IMG/VR virus record: IMGVR_UViG_3300042691_042003
Coordinates: 1-64,000 of that record
Strand: one strand, 5' to 3'
Length of the DNA: 64,000 bases
In this document: piece by piece, positions 18,874 to 29,091 of the stretch
Numbering within the stretch: position 1 is the stretch's first letter
Layout of the letters: each line of letters opens with the position of its first letter
Translations under genes and position numbers: made by a program
Notes under the pieces: model-generated
What the model was told of the DNA's origin: nothing
Database searches by the model: none
The model's input: the letters and a program-made list of their open reading frames with translations, nothing else

Positions 18874-20037
18874 ATGATTCAAAAAAATAATTCGCTTCAG
18901 GATTTCGATTGGGATCTTTTTGAAGCTTCTTCTCCTTCACACCTTAGGTCAAATAACCGAATTAAAAAATTAAAAGGAGATAAATCTAAAGTTTTTAGCA
19001 GAATGCCTTATGCTCAACAAATGTATGAAGCATATAGTGGTATAGAACAAAAAATTGCAGAAATTACTACTGGTTCTGTAGTACAAGGTAAAGTTGTTTC
19101 AATTAATAAAGACTTTGCTATTGTAGATGTTAATTGGAGAGAAGATGCTATGATCGATCTCCGTAAAGAAGAACCTGATTTTCTTCGTTATATTCAACCA
19201 GGTTTTCCTGTTGAAGTTATTATTGAAAGAATTGGAAACCATCAAGGATCTTCTTCAAAAAGTATTATTGCTTCTTATTCTAAAAATATTCTTGCTAAGA
19301 AAAAACAAGAGCTTTTAGAATCAATTGGAGAGCCGGTAGCTTATCTAGGAACTGTTACTGAATTAATCCATGGAGGATATTTTGTTGATGTTTCTGGAGT
19401 ACAATGCTTTATGCCTGGTTCATTAGGAGGTATGAATAAGCTAGTTAATTTTGAAGATCTTATTGGAAAATCTCTTTATGTAACGATTATTAATTATTCT
19501 AAAGAAAAAGATTATTTAGTTGTTTCTCATAGAGAATATCTTAAGACTTTAGTTCCTGAAGAGATTTCTAAACTTCAAATGGGAATAGAATATGATGGTT
19601 TTGTAACTGGAACTAGCAAACATGGAGTATTTGCTGAATTTAATGGATGTTTAACAGGTCTTATTTCTAGATCTGATATTCTCCCTCAATATTTAGATGA
19701 TTTTGATAATAGAAGAATTAAAGCTGGATCGAGTATTAAATTCTTTATTAAAGAAATTATTGATAATGATAAAATTGTTCTTTCACAAAAACCTGTAACG
19801 ATCGAACCTTCTGCATGGGATGATATTGAAGAAAGATACAAAGTTCCTTCTACCGTTACCGGAAAGATTAAGAAAATTGTTCAATATGGAGCTTTTATCG
19901 AATTAGAACCTAAAATCGTAGGTCTTCTTCATAAATCACATTTAAATGAAAGTTTTGAATTAGAAGTAGGTCAAGAAATTGAAGTTAAAATCACTAGAAT
20001 AGATAAAGAATCCAAAAAAGTTGATTTTGCCATGTAA
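18874..20037 (+). CDS. rpsA: Ribosomal protein S1-like protein (four S1/OB domains)
   Basis: Four S1 domains (GSVVQGKVVSI; YLGTVTELIHGGYFVDVSGVQCFMPGS; GIEYDGFVTGTSKHGVFAEF; VTGKIKKIVQYGAFIELEPKIVGLLHKSHL) plus an N-terminal DFDWDLFE. Confidence 0.85.
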   Translation: MIQKNNSLQDFDWDLFEASSPSHLRSNNRIKKLKGDKSKVFSRMPYAQQMYEAYSGIEQKIAEITTGSVVQGKVVSINKDFAIVDVNWREDAMIDLRKEEPDFLRYIQPGFPVEVIIERIGNHQGSSSKSIIASYSKNILAKKKQELLESIGEPVAYLGTVTELIHGGYFVDVSGVQCFMPGSLGGMNKLVNFEDLIGKSLYVTIINYSKEKDYLVVSHREYLKTLVPEEISKLQMGIEYDGFVTGTSKHGVFAEFNGCLTGLISRSDILPQYLDDFDNRRIKAGSSIKFFIKEIIDNDKIVLSQKPVTIEPSAWDDIEERYKVPSTVTGKIKKIVQYGAFIELEPKIVGLLHKSHLNESFELEVGQEIEVKITRIDKESKKVDFAM

Positions 20038-20045
20038 TCTTCTTA

Positions 20046-20053
20046 GATATATA
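20046..20053 (+). promoter_or_regulatory. GATATATA putative late promoter
   Basis: Recurrent motif, here GATATATAAATA, 16 nt before the ATG. Confidence 0.55.
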
Positions 20054-20069
20054 AATAAAGAAGGTACAA

Positions 20070-21431
20070 ATGGATTTTAATTCTCAAGCACTATTTCCTT
20101 TATTTGAAAAATCACTTATTAGAATAACCGCCGATTTTGAATCAGATAAAGATCCAAGATCGGTGGTTTCTGATTTGTCTAAAGAGCTAAAAATTAAAGT
20201 CTCTTCAGAAGAACCATCATCTTATAATTTCAATTTAAAAAGAGGTGATGATGGAGTTTATCATTTAATTACTCCTTTTATTTTTTATCGAGATTCTCGA
20301 TTAGTTATTATTAATCTTTTTAAATGGATTCAGAGAAGTGGTAAAACTTCTATAAACACAAATCTTTTGATAGATTTAAAGTTTATGGATCGTCAAGAAG
20401 GTCCTTTTAAAGGAACTCTTCTTTCTACGGCAACAAAAATCGATAATATTTCAAAAACTAAATTTATTCTTCAATTCGATGAAGATTTAGTTTATAAAAT
20501 ATTCCCTTCTAGGAAAAATTATTTTATATCTCAAACTATTGAAAGATTTGAACCTACAAGTAAATTTGTATCTAAAGGATATTCTTCAATAGATCCTAAA
20601 TTCTATCAAGTACCTTCAACTTCTAATTGCGGAATAAATTTTGAAACCTTATTTGAGGGTTTTCTTCGAATGCAGTATATAGGAGGGACTAGATATGAGG
20701 ATAAAGTAGATGATGTTTTAAAAATTATTAATCAATTTTGTGTAATCGCTTGGGATTCTACGATAAATAGTAATCTGACAAAAGAAAATTTGATTAAATT
20801 TGAAAAAATCGTAGATAAAAATAAAAAAATAAGAGAATCTTATTTAGATTTTGCAATTTTTAGAAAAAATTACCCTAAGATAAAATTTACGGTAGATTTA
20901 GTAGATAATCATAAATCTTTAGATATATTTTATCAATCTCTTAGAGAAAGGATTTTCGAGATTCTTTCTAATATAGATACAAAAAAGGGATTTGAGCTTA
21001 ATTATGATTCATCAGTTTCAACTTTTCAAATAAATGAAGGAGAAATTGATTGTCGAAATATTAATGGTATTGAATTTATTAATTGTACAATAAAAGGGGG
21101 AAATTTTAGTAAATGTGATTTCTTTAATTGTGAAATAAATGATGCCGTTTTAAACGAATGTAATGTTTTTTTAGAAACGAAAGCAAACAGATGTTTTTTA
21201 AACAATACTTTTACAAATAGAACTTCTACTATTTTCAATTGTGATTTTAGTGGAGTAAATGGAGTTTTAAACGGTAAAATGGAAGGAGGAGTATTCAGAA
21301 ATGGAAAGGTAGGATTATTTGCTGATATATCTCCAAATACTACAGTTATACAATATCAAAAACTTAAAAGTGGATATGTTGTTGCTGGAGATCAAATAAT
21401 AATTCCAACAAAAAAATTTAGACAGTTATAA
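20070..21431 (+). CDS. Degenerate amidoligase (COOH-NH2 ligase)-like protein with C-terminal pentapeptide/beta-helix repeats
   Basis: Motif order is like phage amidoligases (ADFE; HLITP; GINF...LRMQYIGGxxYE) but with catalytic positions altered; Cys-containing 5-residue repeats (INCTI, SKCDF, FNCEI, NECNV) near the C-terminus. Confidence 0.5.
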   Translation: MDFNSQALFPLFEKSLIRITADFESDKDPRSVVSDLSKELKIKVSSEEPSSYNFNLKRGDDGVYHLITPFIFYRDSRLVIINLFKWIQRSGKTSINTNLLIDLKFMDRQEGPFKGTLLSTATKIDNISKTKFILQFDEDLVYKIFPSRKNYFISQTIERFEPTSKFVSKGYSSIDPKFYQVPSTSNCGINFETLFEGFLRMQYIGGTRYEDKVDDVLKIINQFCVIAWDSTINSNLTKENLIKFEKIVDKNKKIRESYLDFAIFRKNYPKIKFTVDLVDNHKSLDIFYQSLRERIFEILSNIDTKKGFELNYDSSVSTFQINEGEIDCRNINGIEFINCTIKGGNFSKCDFFNCEINDAVLNECNVFLETKANRCFLNNTFTNRTSTIFNCDFSGVNGVLNGKMEGGVFRNGKVGLFADISPNTTVIQYQKLKSGYVVAGDQIIIPTKKFRQL

Positions 21432-22207
21432 TGGATAATTGTTCAACATCAAACGTTCCTTATACGGAAGATGAATTTATTGCTTTAGTTCAGCAAGAAT
21501 TAAGCGTTGCTTGCTCTTTACCTTTTACAGTTCCTGTTACTGAAATACAAAGAATTATTAAATTCTCAGCTGATTGGTTTTATAAAAAATATGAAGATGC
21601 AGTAGAAGAAAGATATTATTTTATCTCTACTAAATCATTTCAATCAGAGCAATTTAAAAGAGAAAGAACTGTAACTATGCCTGATTGTGTTTTTTCAGTT
21701 TGGCAATTAAAGAAGCTAAAAGAAGATTTCAGTAGAATGATGTCTTTCGATGGTACTGCTGACTTTGGTATAGAACGTCTATTTCTTTCTGATTCTGTTT
21801 CTATAGGTCAAGGAACGGAAAATCTAATGTATTATACTCTTAATCTTTATTGGTTAGATGTTGCTTCTCATATAATCAATCATACGATTAGCTATAATTA
21901 TAATAGAAATTCAAAAAGGCTTTTTTTTGCAGGACAAACTCCTGATAGGGATTGTGTTGCAATGTGTTATGTTAAAGTTCCTATGGAACATTTGATGAAA
22001 GATGAAATTTTTTATCGTTATGTCGTTGCAAAATGTAAGATACAGCTTTCTAGAATATTAGGTACTTTTAATTTTAATCTTCCTGGAAATATACAAATTA
22101 ATTATGATCTTATACGTTCAGAAGGTCAGGACGAAATAACTAAAATTGAAGAAGAAATTAAAGGAGAAGAAGGAATGGATTTCTTCTTTACTTCTGGAGG
22201 ATCTTAA
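21431..22207 (+). CDS. Neck / head-tail adaptor protein, T4 gp13-like
   Basis: Size, position, and C-terminal AKCKIQLSRILGTFNFNLPGNIQINYDLIRSEGQDEITKIEE typical of gp13-like neck proteins. Confidence 0.7.
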   Translation: MDNCSTSNVPYTEDEFIALVQQELSVACSLPFTVPVTEIQRIIKFSADWFYKKYEDAVEERYYFISTKSFQSEQFKRERTVTMPDCVFSVWQLKKLKEDFSRMMSFDGTADFGIERLFLSDSVSIGQGTENLMYYTLNLYWLDVASHIINHTISYNYNRNSKRLFFAGQTPDRDCVAMCYVKVPMEHLMKDEIFYRYVVAKCKIQLSRILGTFNFNLPGNIQINYDLIRSEGQDEITKIEEEIKGEEGMDFFFTSGGS

Positions 22208-22222
22208 TAAAACTTCTTAATT

Positions 22223-22594
22223 ATGCCTGTAGATTTATACTTTAAACAAAGGGAATATCCTTATTTCGAACCTAACGAAATAGAAGTTTTAGATAATTTA
22301 GAAATTTTCCTTCAACAAATGGAGATGCTTATTACTACTCCAAAAGGTTCAGTCTTAGGTGAACCGGATTTTGGTATAGATTTAGAATCATATCTTTGGA
22401 ATTTTGGTATAGGTTCTTCTAGGGTAAAACAAGAAATATTGGGTCAAGTTTTTAAATATATAGATTATAGTACTATTGATAATATTCCTTTCGATATAGA
22501 TGTTTCTTTTTTAAAAGGACAAATATATGATACTATGATTGTTGATGTAGTAATTGACGGAACTAAAGTCGCAGGATATGCTGTTACTCCATAA
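22223..22594 (+). CDS. Baseplate wedge protein, gp25-like
   Basis: MLITTPKGSVLGEPDFGIDLESYLW is the gp25/GPW signature. Confidence 0.85.
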   Translation: MPVDLYFKQREYPYFEPNEIEVLDNLEIFLQQMEMLITTPKGSVLGEPDFGIDLESYLWNFGIGSSRVKQEILGQVFKYIDYSTIDNIPFDIDVSFLKGQIYDTMIVDVVIDGTKVAGYAVTP

Positions 22595-22606
22595 AAAATA
22601 TAAAAA

Positions 22607-24391
22607 ATGAAATTTTTACAACCTAACAGAATAAAATTCGGCCAGATTAATGAAAATATTAAAGATTGGCTTTTAGAAACCTATAATCAGACAGGTTCTG
22701 TATTGTCTAAATCTTCTCCGTTTGGACAAATTATTGCTGTTATTCAAGAATTTGCTCAGCTAATATTTTTATATATAGAAGATGCTTTAGTTGAATTAAA
22801 TATTTTTACAGCTACAAAACAAAAATCCATATACGGTTGGTCTAGAATTACTGGACATAATCCTACTAGATCACTTTCGGCTCAAGGAACTTTAAGAGTT
22901 AAAATAAAACCAGGGGCTGAAATTCCTCCTAATGCTACATATGCACTTTTATTAAATAAAACAAAAATAAAGTGTGAAAATAACAGTAAAAAATATTTTG
23001 TACAATTAGGAAATGATACTTCTAGTATAAGAATAGATCTTAAAGCACAGGAAAAGACATATGATCTTAAGGTTATACAAGGGGAAATTGAAACTCAAGT
23101 TCTTACTGGAACCGGTAAAGCTTTACAATCTTTTAACGTTAAAACTAAAGGAACCATAGAAAATGAGATGGTTTGGGTAACTGTTAACGGTGAAAACTGT
23201 GAAGTTGTTGATTCTTTATACGATATGCTTAAAGATGATAAAATGTGTTTAGTTAAAACCGCTATTTCCGACGGTATCGATATTTATTTTGGAAATGAAG
23301 ATTATGGAATTATTCCTCCTTTAGGATCTAGAATAGAGGTTATGTATGTAAAAACCGATGGATATGGAGGAAATATTTATTCAAAATCAAATAAAATCGG
23401 ATTTAAATTCGAAGATACAGGTTTTACAAATTTAGGAGATTCTATAGATTTTAATGAAATTTTATCAATTAGCATAGAAAAAACTATAGCTTTAGGAGCA
23501 GATAGTGAGCTTCCTAGTCTTACGAAATTAATTGCTCCAAAAACTAGTAGATCTTACGTTTTAGCTAATACAGATAATTACGTAAATTTTTTATCTAGAT
23601 TTAATTACTCTTATGTAGATGCATATAATACTTTTGAAGATGATTATATAGCAGACGATAATGTAGTTTATCTTTTTATTATTCCTGATCTTTCTAGAAG
23701 ATTATTAAGCAATTCAGATTATTTTACAACAAATATTGAAAATTTCTATTTAAATGAAGAAGAAAAAAATGATTTAATAGATTTTATAGATATGACGGGT
23801 AAGCAAATTATGACTACTGAATTGCAGGTAGTTGATCCGGAAATTACTAGATATATAATGAATGTATTTCTTAGAATTTATGATACAGCTGATCAAAATA
23901 ACATAAAAACTGAAATTATTAATAAAGTCTCAGAATATTTTCTTAAAGTAAAAAGAAGAGATAAAATCCCTAAATCAGATATTATAGCTATTATAGAAAA
24001 TATAAAAGGTGTTGATTCAGTTAATATCGCTTTTATTTCAGAAAAAAATGAAAGAGCTATAAATGATGGTTATTATTTTAAGAAAGTAAAAACTATTGAT
24101 ACTATAAGAAGTTTAACAGTTTTTACTGAAGAAAAAGTAATAGTAAATAAAGGAGAAGATCCTAATTTAGGAATGGATGAATTCGGAGACATAACAATAG
24201 GTTTGAATGAACTTCCCGTTATTAGAGGAGGGACATTTAATTCTATTCAATTTTTTGATAGATTTGGTAATTATTATGAAGATGGAATTTCGGACGATCA
24301 ATATTCTTCAGTTAATATAATTATTAAAGAAGTTATTAACGAAACCACTTCAGTTAGAAAAATGAATGAAAACAAAAATTCTATTAAATAA
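22607..24391 (+). CDS. Baseplate wedge protein, gp6/baseplate J-like
   Basis: Follows gp25; has ATKQKSIYGWSRITGHNP, IYFGNEDYGIIPPLGSRIEVMYVKTDGYGGN and a late VLANTDNY motif. Confidence 0.8.
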   Translation: MKFLQPNRIKFGQINENIKDWLLETYNQTGSVLSKSSPFGQIIAVIQEFAQLIFLYIEDALVELNIFTATKQKSIYGWSRITGHNPTRSLSAQGTLRVKIKPGAEIPPNATYALLLNKTKIKCENNSKKYFVQLGNDTSSIRIDLKAQEKTYDLKVIQGEIETQVLTGTGKALQSFNVKTKGTIENEMVWVTVNGENCEVVDSLYDMLKDDKMCLVKTAISDGIDIYFGNEDYGIIPPLGSRIEVMYVKTDGYGGNIYSKSNKIGFKFEDTGFTNLGDSIDFNEILSISIEKTIALGADSELPSLTKLIAPKTSRSYVLANTDNYVNFLSRFNYSYVDAYNTFEDDYIADDNVVYLFIIPDLSRRLLSNSDYFTTNIENFYLNEEEKNDLIDFIDMTGKQIMTTELQVVDPEITRYIMNVFLRIYDTADQNNIKTEIINKVSEYFLKVKRRDKIPKSDIIAIIENIKGVDSVNIAFISEKNERAINDGYYFKKVKTIDTIRSLTVFTEEKVIVNKGEDPNLGMDEFGDITIGLNELPVIRGGTFNSIQFFDRFGNYYEDGISDDQYSSVNIIIKEVINETTSVRKMNENKNSIK

Positions 24392-24639
24392 TGCATAGAG
24401 ATTCTTTATATAATAAAATTCTTACTGATTTCGAAGAAAGAAAATCGATGGGATATGATTATATGAAAAATGGTTTAATATCTAAATTTGTTTCTCCTTT
24501 GCTTTTCGGCAATCCTAGATTAGAAACATTTTTAAATAAATTAGATGGAATTTTTATAGAATTAACAGAATCAGTAAAAAGGATTCAATTCTATACAAAT
24601 TACACTATAGATAAAAACGATAAGAGATTTAATAACTAA
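24391..24639 (+). CDS. Small baseplate-associated protein
   Basis: 82 aa, translationally coupled (TAATG) on both sides. Confidence 0.55.
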   Translation: MHRDSLYNKILTDFEERKSMGYDYMKNGLISKFVSPLLFGNPRLETFLNKLDGIFIELTESVKRIQFYTNYTIDKNDKRFNN

Positions 24640-27600
24640 TGTATCAATATTATAGGTTTTTTAATAAGAAAGGTGAATATTGTAACTTTGAATATGATTC
24701 TACTAAAGATAAGTGGACTGGTAGGTTAGAATTCCAAACTGTTTCTGAAGGATTAATAGAAGATCAGCAAATTTATATTTTAGAAGAAGTTTTTAATACA
24801 AATACTAATTCTAAAGTTTATGTTTATCCTCATTCTAATTACTCTTATTCGGGAGCAACTTCTAATGATTTAATTGCATCTTTTGATACTTCTATAAATC
24901 CGGTTCCTGAAATATTTTTATATCAAATAGAAGAATCTTCTGGAGATGCTGGATTAGTAAAATCTTATTCAGTTAGTTATGATTTAGATTATGATTTAGG
25001 GCCTACTTATATGAGCTCTAACTTCGATTATCCTAATATTAAATCAACCGATGTTATAAATGAAAAGCCTTTACAAATAAATGTTGCTTTCGGACCTACC
25101 GGAGAAGATCTTTATACTTCGGTTTTAACTCTTAAAGATAGTTCTAATCATGTTATTGCGGAAATTACTCTTTATGGAGAAGGCTTAGAAGAAGATGAAA
25201 GGTTAAAATATCTTCTTATGTCTCTAGGACATGATATTCTCCCTGAAGATTATATTATATTTGATACTGCTGATATAAAAGAAGAAAAACCCGATTGGGA
25301 TCTAATAAATAGAAAAAGAAAAGAGCTTCTTTTAGAATATCATAATATTTTTCCTTATTTAGGATCATATAAAGCCATAATAAATATTCTTAAATTTTAT
25401 GGATATCAAAATGTCCATATGAGAGAATATTGGAAAAATGTCGATATCACTAGTAAAAATTACGGTAAATATCGTCAGACCGATATAATAGATCTTTTCA
25501 CTAATTCTCCGGATCCTCAAATTTCAAAATTAATTCCTAGTAAAGTTTATCGTAAAACTTCGCTTTTTGGTTTATTTTATGATATAAACGTCGAAACTGG
25601 AGAATTTGATGATGACGGAACTCCTATAACTGAAGAGGTTTTTAAATTTAGTCCAGAAGAAGTTTTAATAAAAATATTTGCACTAAAGAAGAAATTAATG
25701 GGATATTATCTCCCATTTAGTGCAAAAATAGTTGATATTATAGGCGAAGCTATTTACTTTGCCAATTATAATATTAATATTGTAACTTCTCAAAATAGAA
25801 TAGATCAAGTTTCTTTAGGAATAAAACCTAAATATGAAGTTTTTCCTGAAAGGAGCGGATATTTACAAGATTTAAGACCTTTACAATATTTAGGAGCTCC
25901 TATTGGTCCAGATTTAAACTTAGGGGGAAATTCAAATTATTATATTTATAGAATATATGTTTCTCAAGGTGTTTCTGCTTCTCCTCCTATTACTGCTAAT
26001 ATAGATATTGGATTAACTATAGGTTCTACGAATTCCGGAAAAGTAAATTTTTATGACGATAAAAGAAGAGGTAGATTTACTTATACTAGAGATGAAGTAA
26101 TGGAATCTATTGTAGAAGAATTTAATAATCCTACATACATACCTTCTTATAATACAAAAGAAGGTATAGAATGGATAAAAAGAAATTATTTTGCTTATAT
26201 AGAGCCTGATAATCCTGGATTTATTAGGATAGTTCAAAAAAATATACTTCCAGGATATACTGCTTCTCTAAATTTAGGATCTGCTAATGGAGGAATATCT
26301 ATTTTTCCAGGAGCAACTGTTTCTCCTGCCATAAATATATCCCCAGGTTATTACTATGGAGCAACTGGTGCTCCTATGTCACTCTATAAGACTGCTTATT
26401 TAGGTTATTTTGAGAATACAAAAGTACCTATTACAAATTTAAATGATGTCCCTAATGCTCCTGTAGGATATCCAGTTATACTTAGAAATAAAACTTTTGA
26501 TATAAATTGGGATAATGCAGATGTTACTTTTAATCAAGTTGATAAAGTAGGAGCAACTTATAGTACACTTCTTTCCAAATTTACTTCTTCTTTTCTAGGT
26601 TATACCGGTCCTTTAGGATGGACTTCTTTTGCAAAACCTTGGGCTTCAGGTCCTACTTCTGGTTCTACTGCTGGAGCTACTTATATTAGCGTAGGAGTTA
26701 CATCAAGTGTCTCTGAATTCCCTTATAACGGTTGGCCTTATAAAAATAATTTTTCTTGGGAAGAATTAGGATATTATGGATATTATCAAATGCAGTGGAA
26801 GGTGTATAAATTCGAAGATGAATATCCTTCATGGAGTTATGATAGTGGAATTAGATCTATTAGTGATATAAACGAAATAAGTCTTAGTCTTCCTTATATA
26901 GGTAAATATTCAGTAGAATTGAGATTATGGGATCTCTATAATAATCAATCTTTTATTATAGATGAAGATTGGATCGAAGTTAAAATTCGAGATGTTGATT
27001 TTATAGCTTGGTATTCAAAAAGAGAAGAAGATTATTTAATAGAAACTCCTAGATATAAAACTCAACAGGACGAAATAATGGATCCTCTTCCTTTAGGTTC
27101 GCCTCCAGATCTTTTAACTTGGGATGATTATTCTTCTTCTTGGGATTTACCCGTACATCCTAATGAACCTATAGACATGGGAGAAATTTCATTTAATTCA
27201 TTAGATTCGATAGAATTTTATCAAACTATGGATTTTCCTATTGACAATCCTCTTGTAGATCGTTATCCTTATACATTTAATTTATTAGGAGAACTACCTA
27301 CTTGGAAAGATACTTATCATTTATGGTGGGATAATACCGGCACAAAAGTTACAGAATGGAAAATTACAAATTGTTCTCCTGTAGGTCCTACATATGGATA
27401 TATTTTTGCTACTAGATCAAATTCAACTTTAAATTTAGGAGCCACAATGAATTATATTATAGGTCCTGCTGGTTGGACTGGTCCTACTAGTTCTTCAATT
27501 TCGGGTTCTACTGGAGATATAACTTATGTTGAAAGTGGAAAAAGAACTTATGTTCATAATGGATTATATTGGAAATATGTTTTAGATGAATTAGATGCTA

Positions 27601-28526
27601 TAAGGATTTCTGTTTCAGGTAATTCTTCTAATAAAAAAGCTGATTCTCTTTCAGTTATAAAAGCTTTAAATCTAATAGATCCTGAAGAACATCCAATTCT
27701 TTCAGATTTTATTTATTATTATGAAGAAAAATATAATTCTTCTTACGGATTAGATTCTTACGTTACCGCAGTTTCTAAAAAATTTGATAAAGGAGGAAGA
27801 CATAAATTTGCATACAAAAATCTTGTAGGAAGTACTTCATCTTTTGAAACTGTTAATTTTGGTCTTTTAGGAGATATACCTACTTATTTTGAAATTTATA
27901 AATTACCTTCATCTTCAGGAGTTTCCCCTTCAGCTTTTACAATAAATTATTTAGATAAAGAAGTTAGAGGTTATACTACATACACTCATAATACTAGCAC
28001 TATTACATTATCTGCATTATGTAATGAATTAAATGGACCTAGTGCTCAGTCAGCTCCTGTTATAGGTGACTTTATTTATAATATGGTTTATGGTGCTTCA
28101 GGCTGGACTGGATCGGGAGCTTCTTCTATTACCGAAGTAAAAATACAAGGAGTTTCTAAATTCTTTACTGAACCTCAATCAATTTCAATAGGTTATACAG
28201 GAGGAATGGAAGGAAATTCATATGGAAGATCATTAATAAGAAATTTATCATGGGATAATGTTAGAATTCATAAATATACTCAAGAGCTTCCTCTTCTAAC
28301 TACTGTTAATTTTACTTTTGACAATTGTAAAATACCAGGAAAGACTAAATTCGAATGGATTTTAGAGAGAGAAGATGATCCGACTTTCGAGAATATATAT
28401 TATAATAATCCATACTTCTCGTATATGTTTAATCAAAGAGGAAGTTATTCTGTTACTCTTACGATTACTGATACAAATGGAAATAAGAATAAGATTAAAA
28501 AAACAGAAATAATAAAAATCGTCTAA
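24639..28526 (+). CDS. Large baseplate wedge protein (gp7-like) with PKD/Ig-like domains
   Basis: GSYKAIINILKFYGY wedge motif; PKD-like YIGKYSVELRLWD and C-terminal FSYMFNQRGSYSVTLTITDTNGN. Confidence 0.55.
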   Translation: MYQYYRFFNKKGEYCNFEYDSTKDKWTGRLEFQTVSEGLIEDQQIYILEEVFNTNTNSKVYVYPHSNYSYSGATSNDLIASFDTSINPVPEIFLYQIEESSGDAGLVKSYSVSYDLDYDLGPTYMSSNFDYPNIKSTDVINEKPLQINVAFGPTGEDLYTSVLTLKDSSNHVIAEITLYGEGLEEDERLKYLLMSLGHDILPEDYIIFDTADIKEEKPDWDLINRKRKELLLEYHNIFPYLGSYKAIINILKFYGYQNVHMREYWKNVDITSKNYGKYRQTDIIDLFTNSPDPQISKLIPSKVYRKTSLFGLFYDINVETGEFDDDGTPITEEVFKFSPEEVLIKIFALKKKLMGYYLPFSAKIVDIIGEAIYFANYNINIVTSQNRIDQVSLGIKPKYEVFPERSGYLQDLRPLQYLGAPIGPDLNLGGNSNYYIYRIYVSQGVSASPPITANIDIGLTIGSTNSGKVNFYDDKRRGRFTYTRDEVMESIVEEFNNPTYIPSYNTKEGIEWIKRNYFAYIEPDNPGFIRIVQKNILPGYTASLNLGSANGGISIFPGATVSPAINISPGYYYGATGAPMSLYKTAYLGYFENTKVPITNLNDVPNAPVGYPVILRNKTFDINWDNADVTFNQVDKVGATYSTLLSKFTSSFLGYTGPLGWTSFAKPWASGPTSGSTAGATYISVGVTSSVSEFPYNGWPYKNNFSWEELGYYGYYQMQWKVYKFEDEYPSWSYDSGIRSISDINEISLSLPYIGKYSVELRLWDLYNNQSFIIDEDWIEVKIRDVDFIAWYSKREEDYLIETPRYKTQQDEIMDPLPLGSPPDLLTWDDYSSSWDLPVHPNEPIDMGEISFNSLDSIEFYQTMDFPIDNPLVDRYPYTFNLLGELPTWKDTYHLWWDNTGTKVTEWKITNCSPVGPTYGYIFATRSNSTLNLGATMNYIIGPAGWTGPTSSSISGSTGDITYVESGKRTYVHNGLYWKYVLDELDAIRISVSGNSSNKKADSLSVIKALNLIDPEEHPILSDFIYYYEEKYNSSYGLDSYVTAVSKKFDKGGRHKFAYKNLVGSTSSFETVNFGLLGDIPTYFEIYKLPSSSGVSPSAFTINYLDKEVRGYTTYTHNTSTITLSALCNELNGPSAQSAPVIGDFIYNMVYGASGWTGSGASSITEVKIQGVSKFFTEPQSISIGYTGGMEGNSYGRSLIRNLSWDNVRIHKYTQELPLLTTVNFTFDNCKIPGKTKFEWILEREDDPTFENIYYNNPYFSYMFNQRGSYSVTLTITDTNGNKNKIKKTEIIKIV

Positions 28527-28527
28527 A

Positions 28528-29070
28528 ATGGCAATCACAGTTACAACTTTAAATGGTACTGATTCTATAGCTTCTTCTAGAATTACTATCAATGATAATT
28601 TTTCAACAATATCAACTTCACTTAATTCACTTTTAACTATTTTTGATATTGCTACCGGTTATTTCGATAATACTGGCTATGGTTCAAATAGTAATATAAA
28701 AACCGAAAATATCACTATTACAGGAGCTAATGGAATCTCGGTAAGTAGTGGTAGTATTACAGTTTCTAATGGTAATGTTGTTTTAGGTGGATATGTACAG
28801 TTTGGAACCGGAACAAATGTTAGATTGAAAAGAACTACAAAAAATACAGGTTCAGGAACTGTTCCTATTTTAGATTTTGCAGGAGCTACAGGAGTTACAG
28901 GCTCTGGGGATATTGGATATTTATCTATACCGAGAAAAGCTACTTCATTTATAACGGATATTAGAAATCCCGAAATTGGTTCTTTAGTTTATGATACTAG
29001 TATAAATAAATTAAAAGTTTGTATTGCAACTGGAACCACAGGAACTTGGGAAACCGTAACATCTTCATAA
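28528..29070 (+). CDS. Short fibre-like virion protein
   Basis: N-terminal SRITINDNF anchor-like motif; Gly/Ser/Thr-rich beta-type body. Confidence 0.5.
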   Translation: MAITVTTLNGTDSIASSRITINDNFSTISTSLNSLLTIFDIATGYFDNTGYGSNSNIKTENITITGANGISVSSGSITVSNGNVVLGGYVQFGTGTNVRLKRTTKNTGSGTVPILDFAGATGVTGSGDIGYLSIPRKATSFITDIRNPEIGSLVYDTSINKLKVCIATGTTGTWETVTSS

Positions 29071-29091
29071 TAAAATATTTACTAAAAGGGA

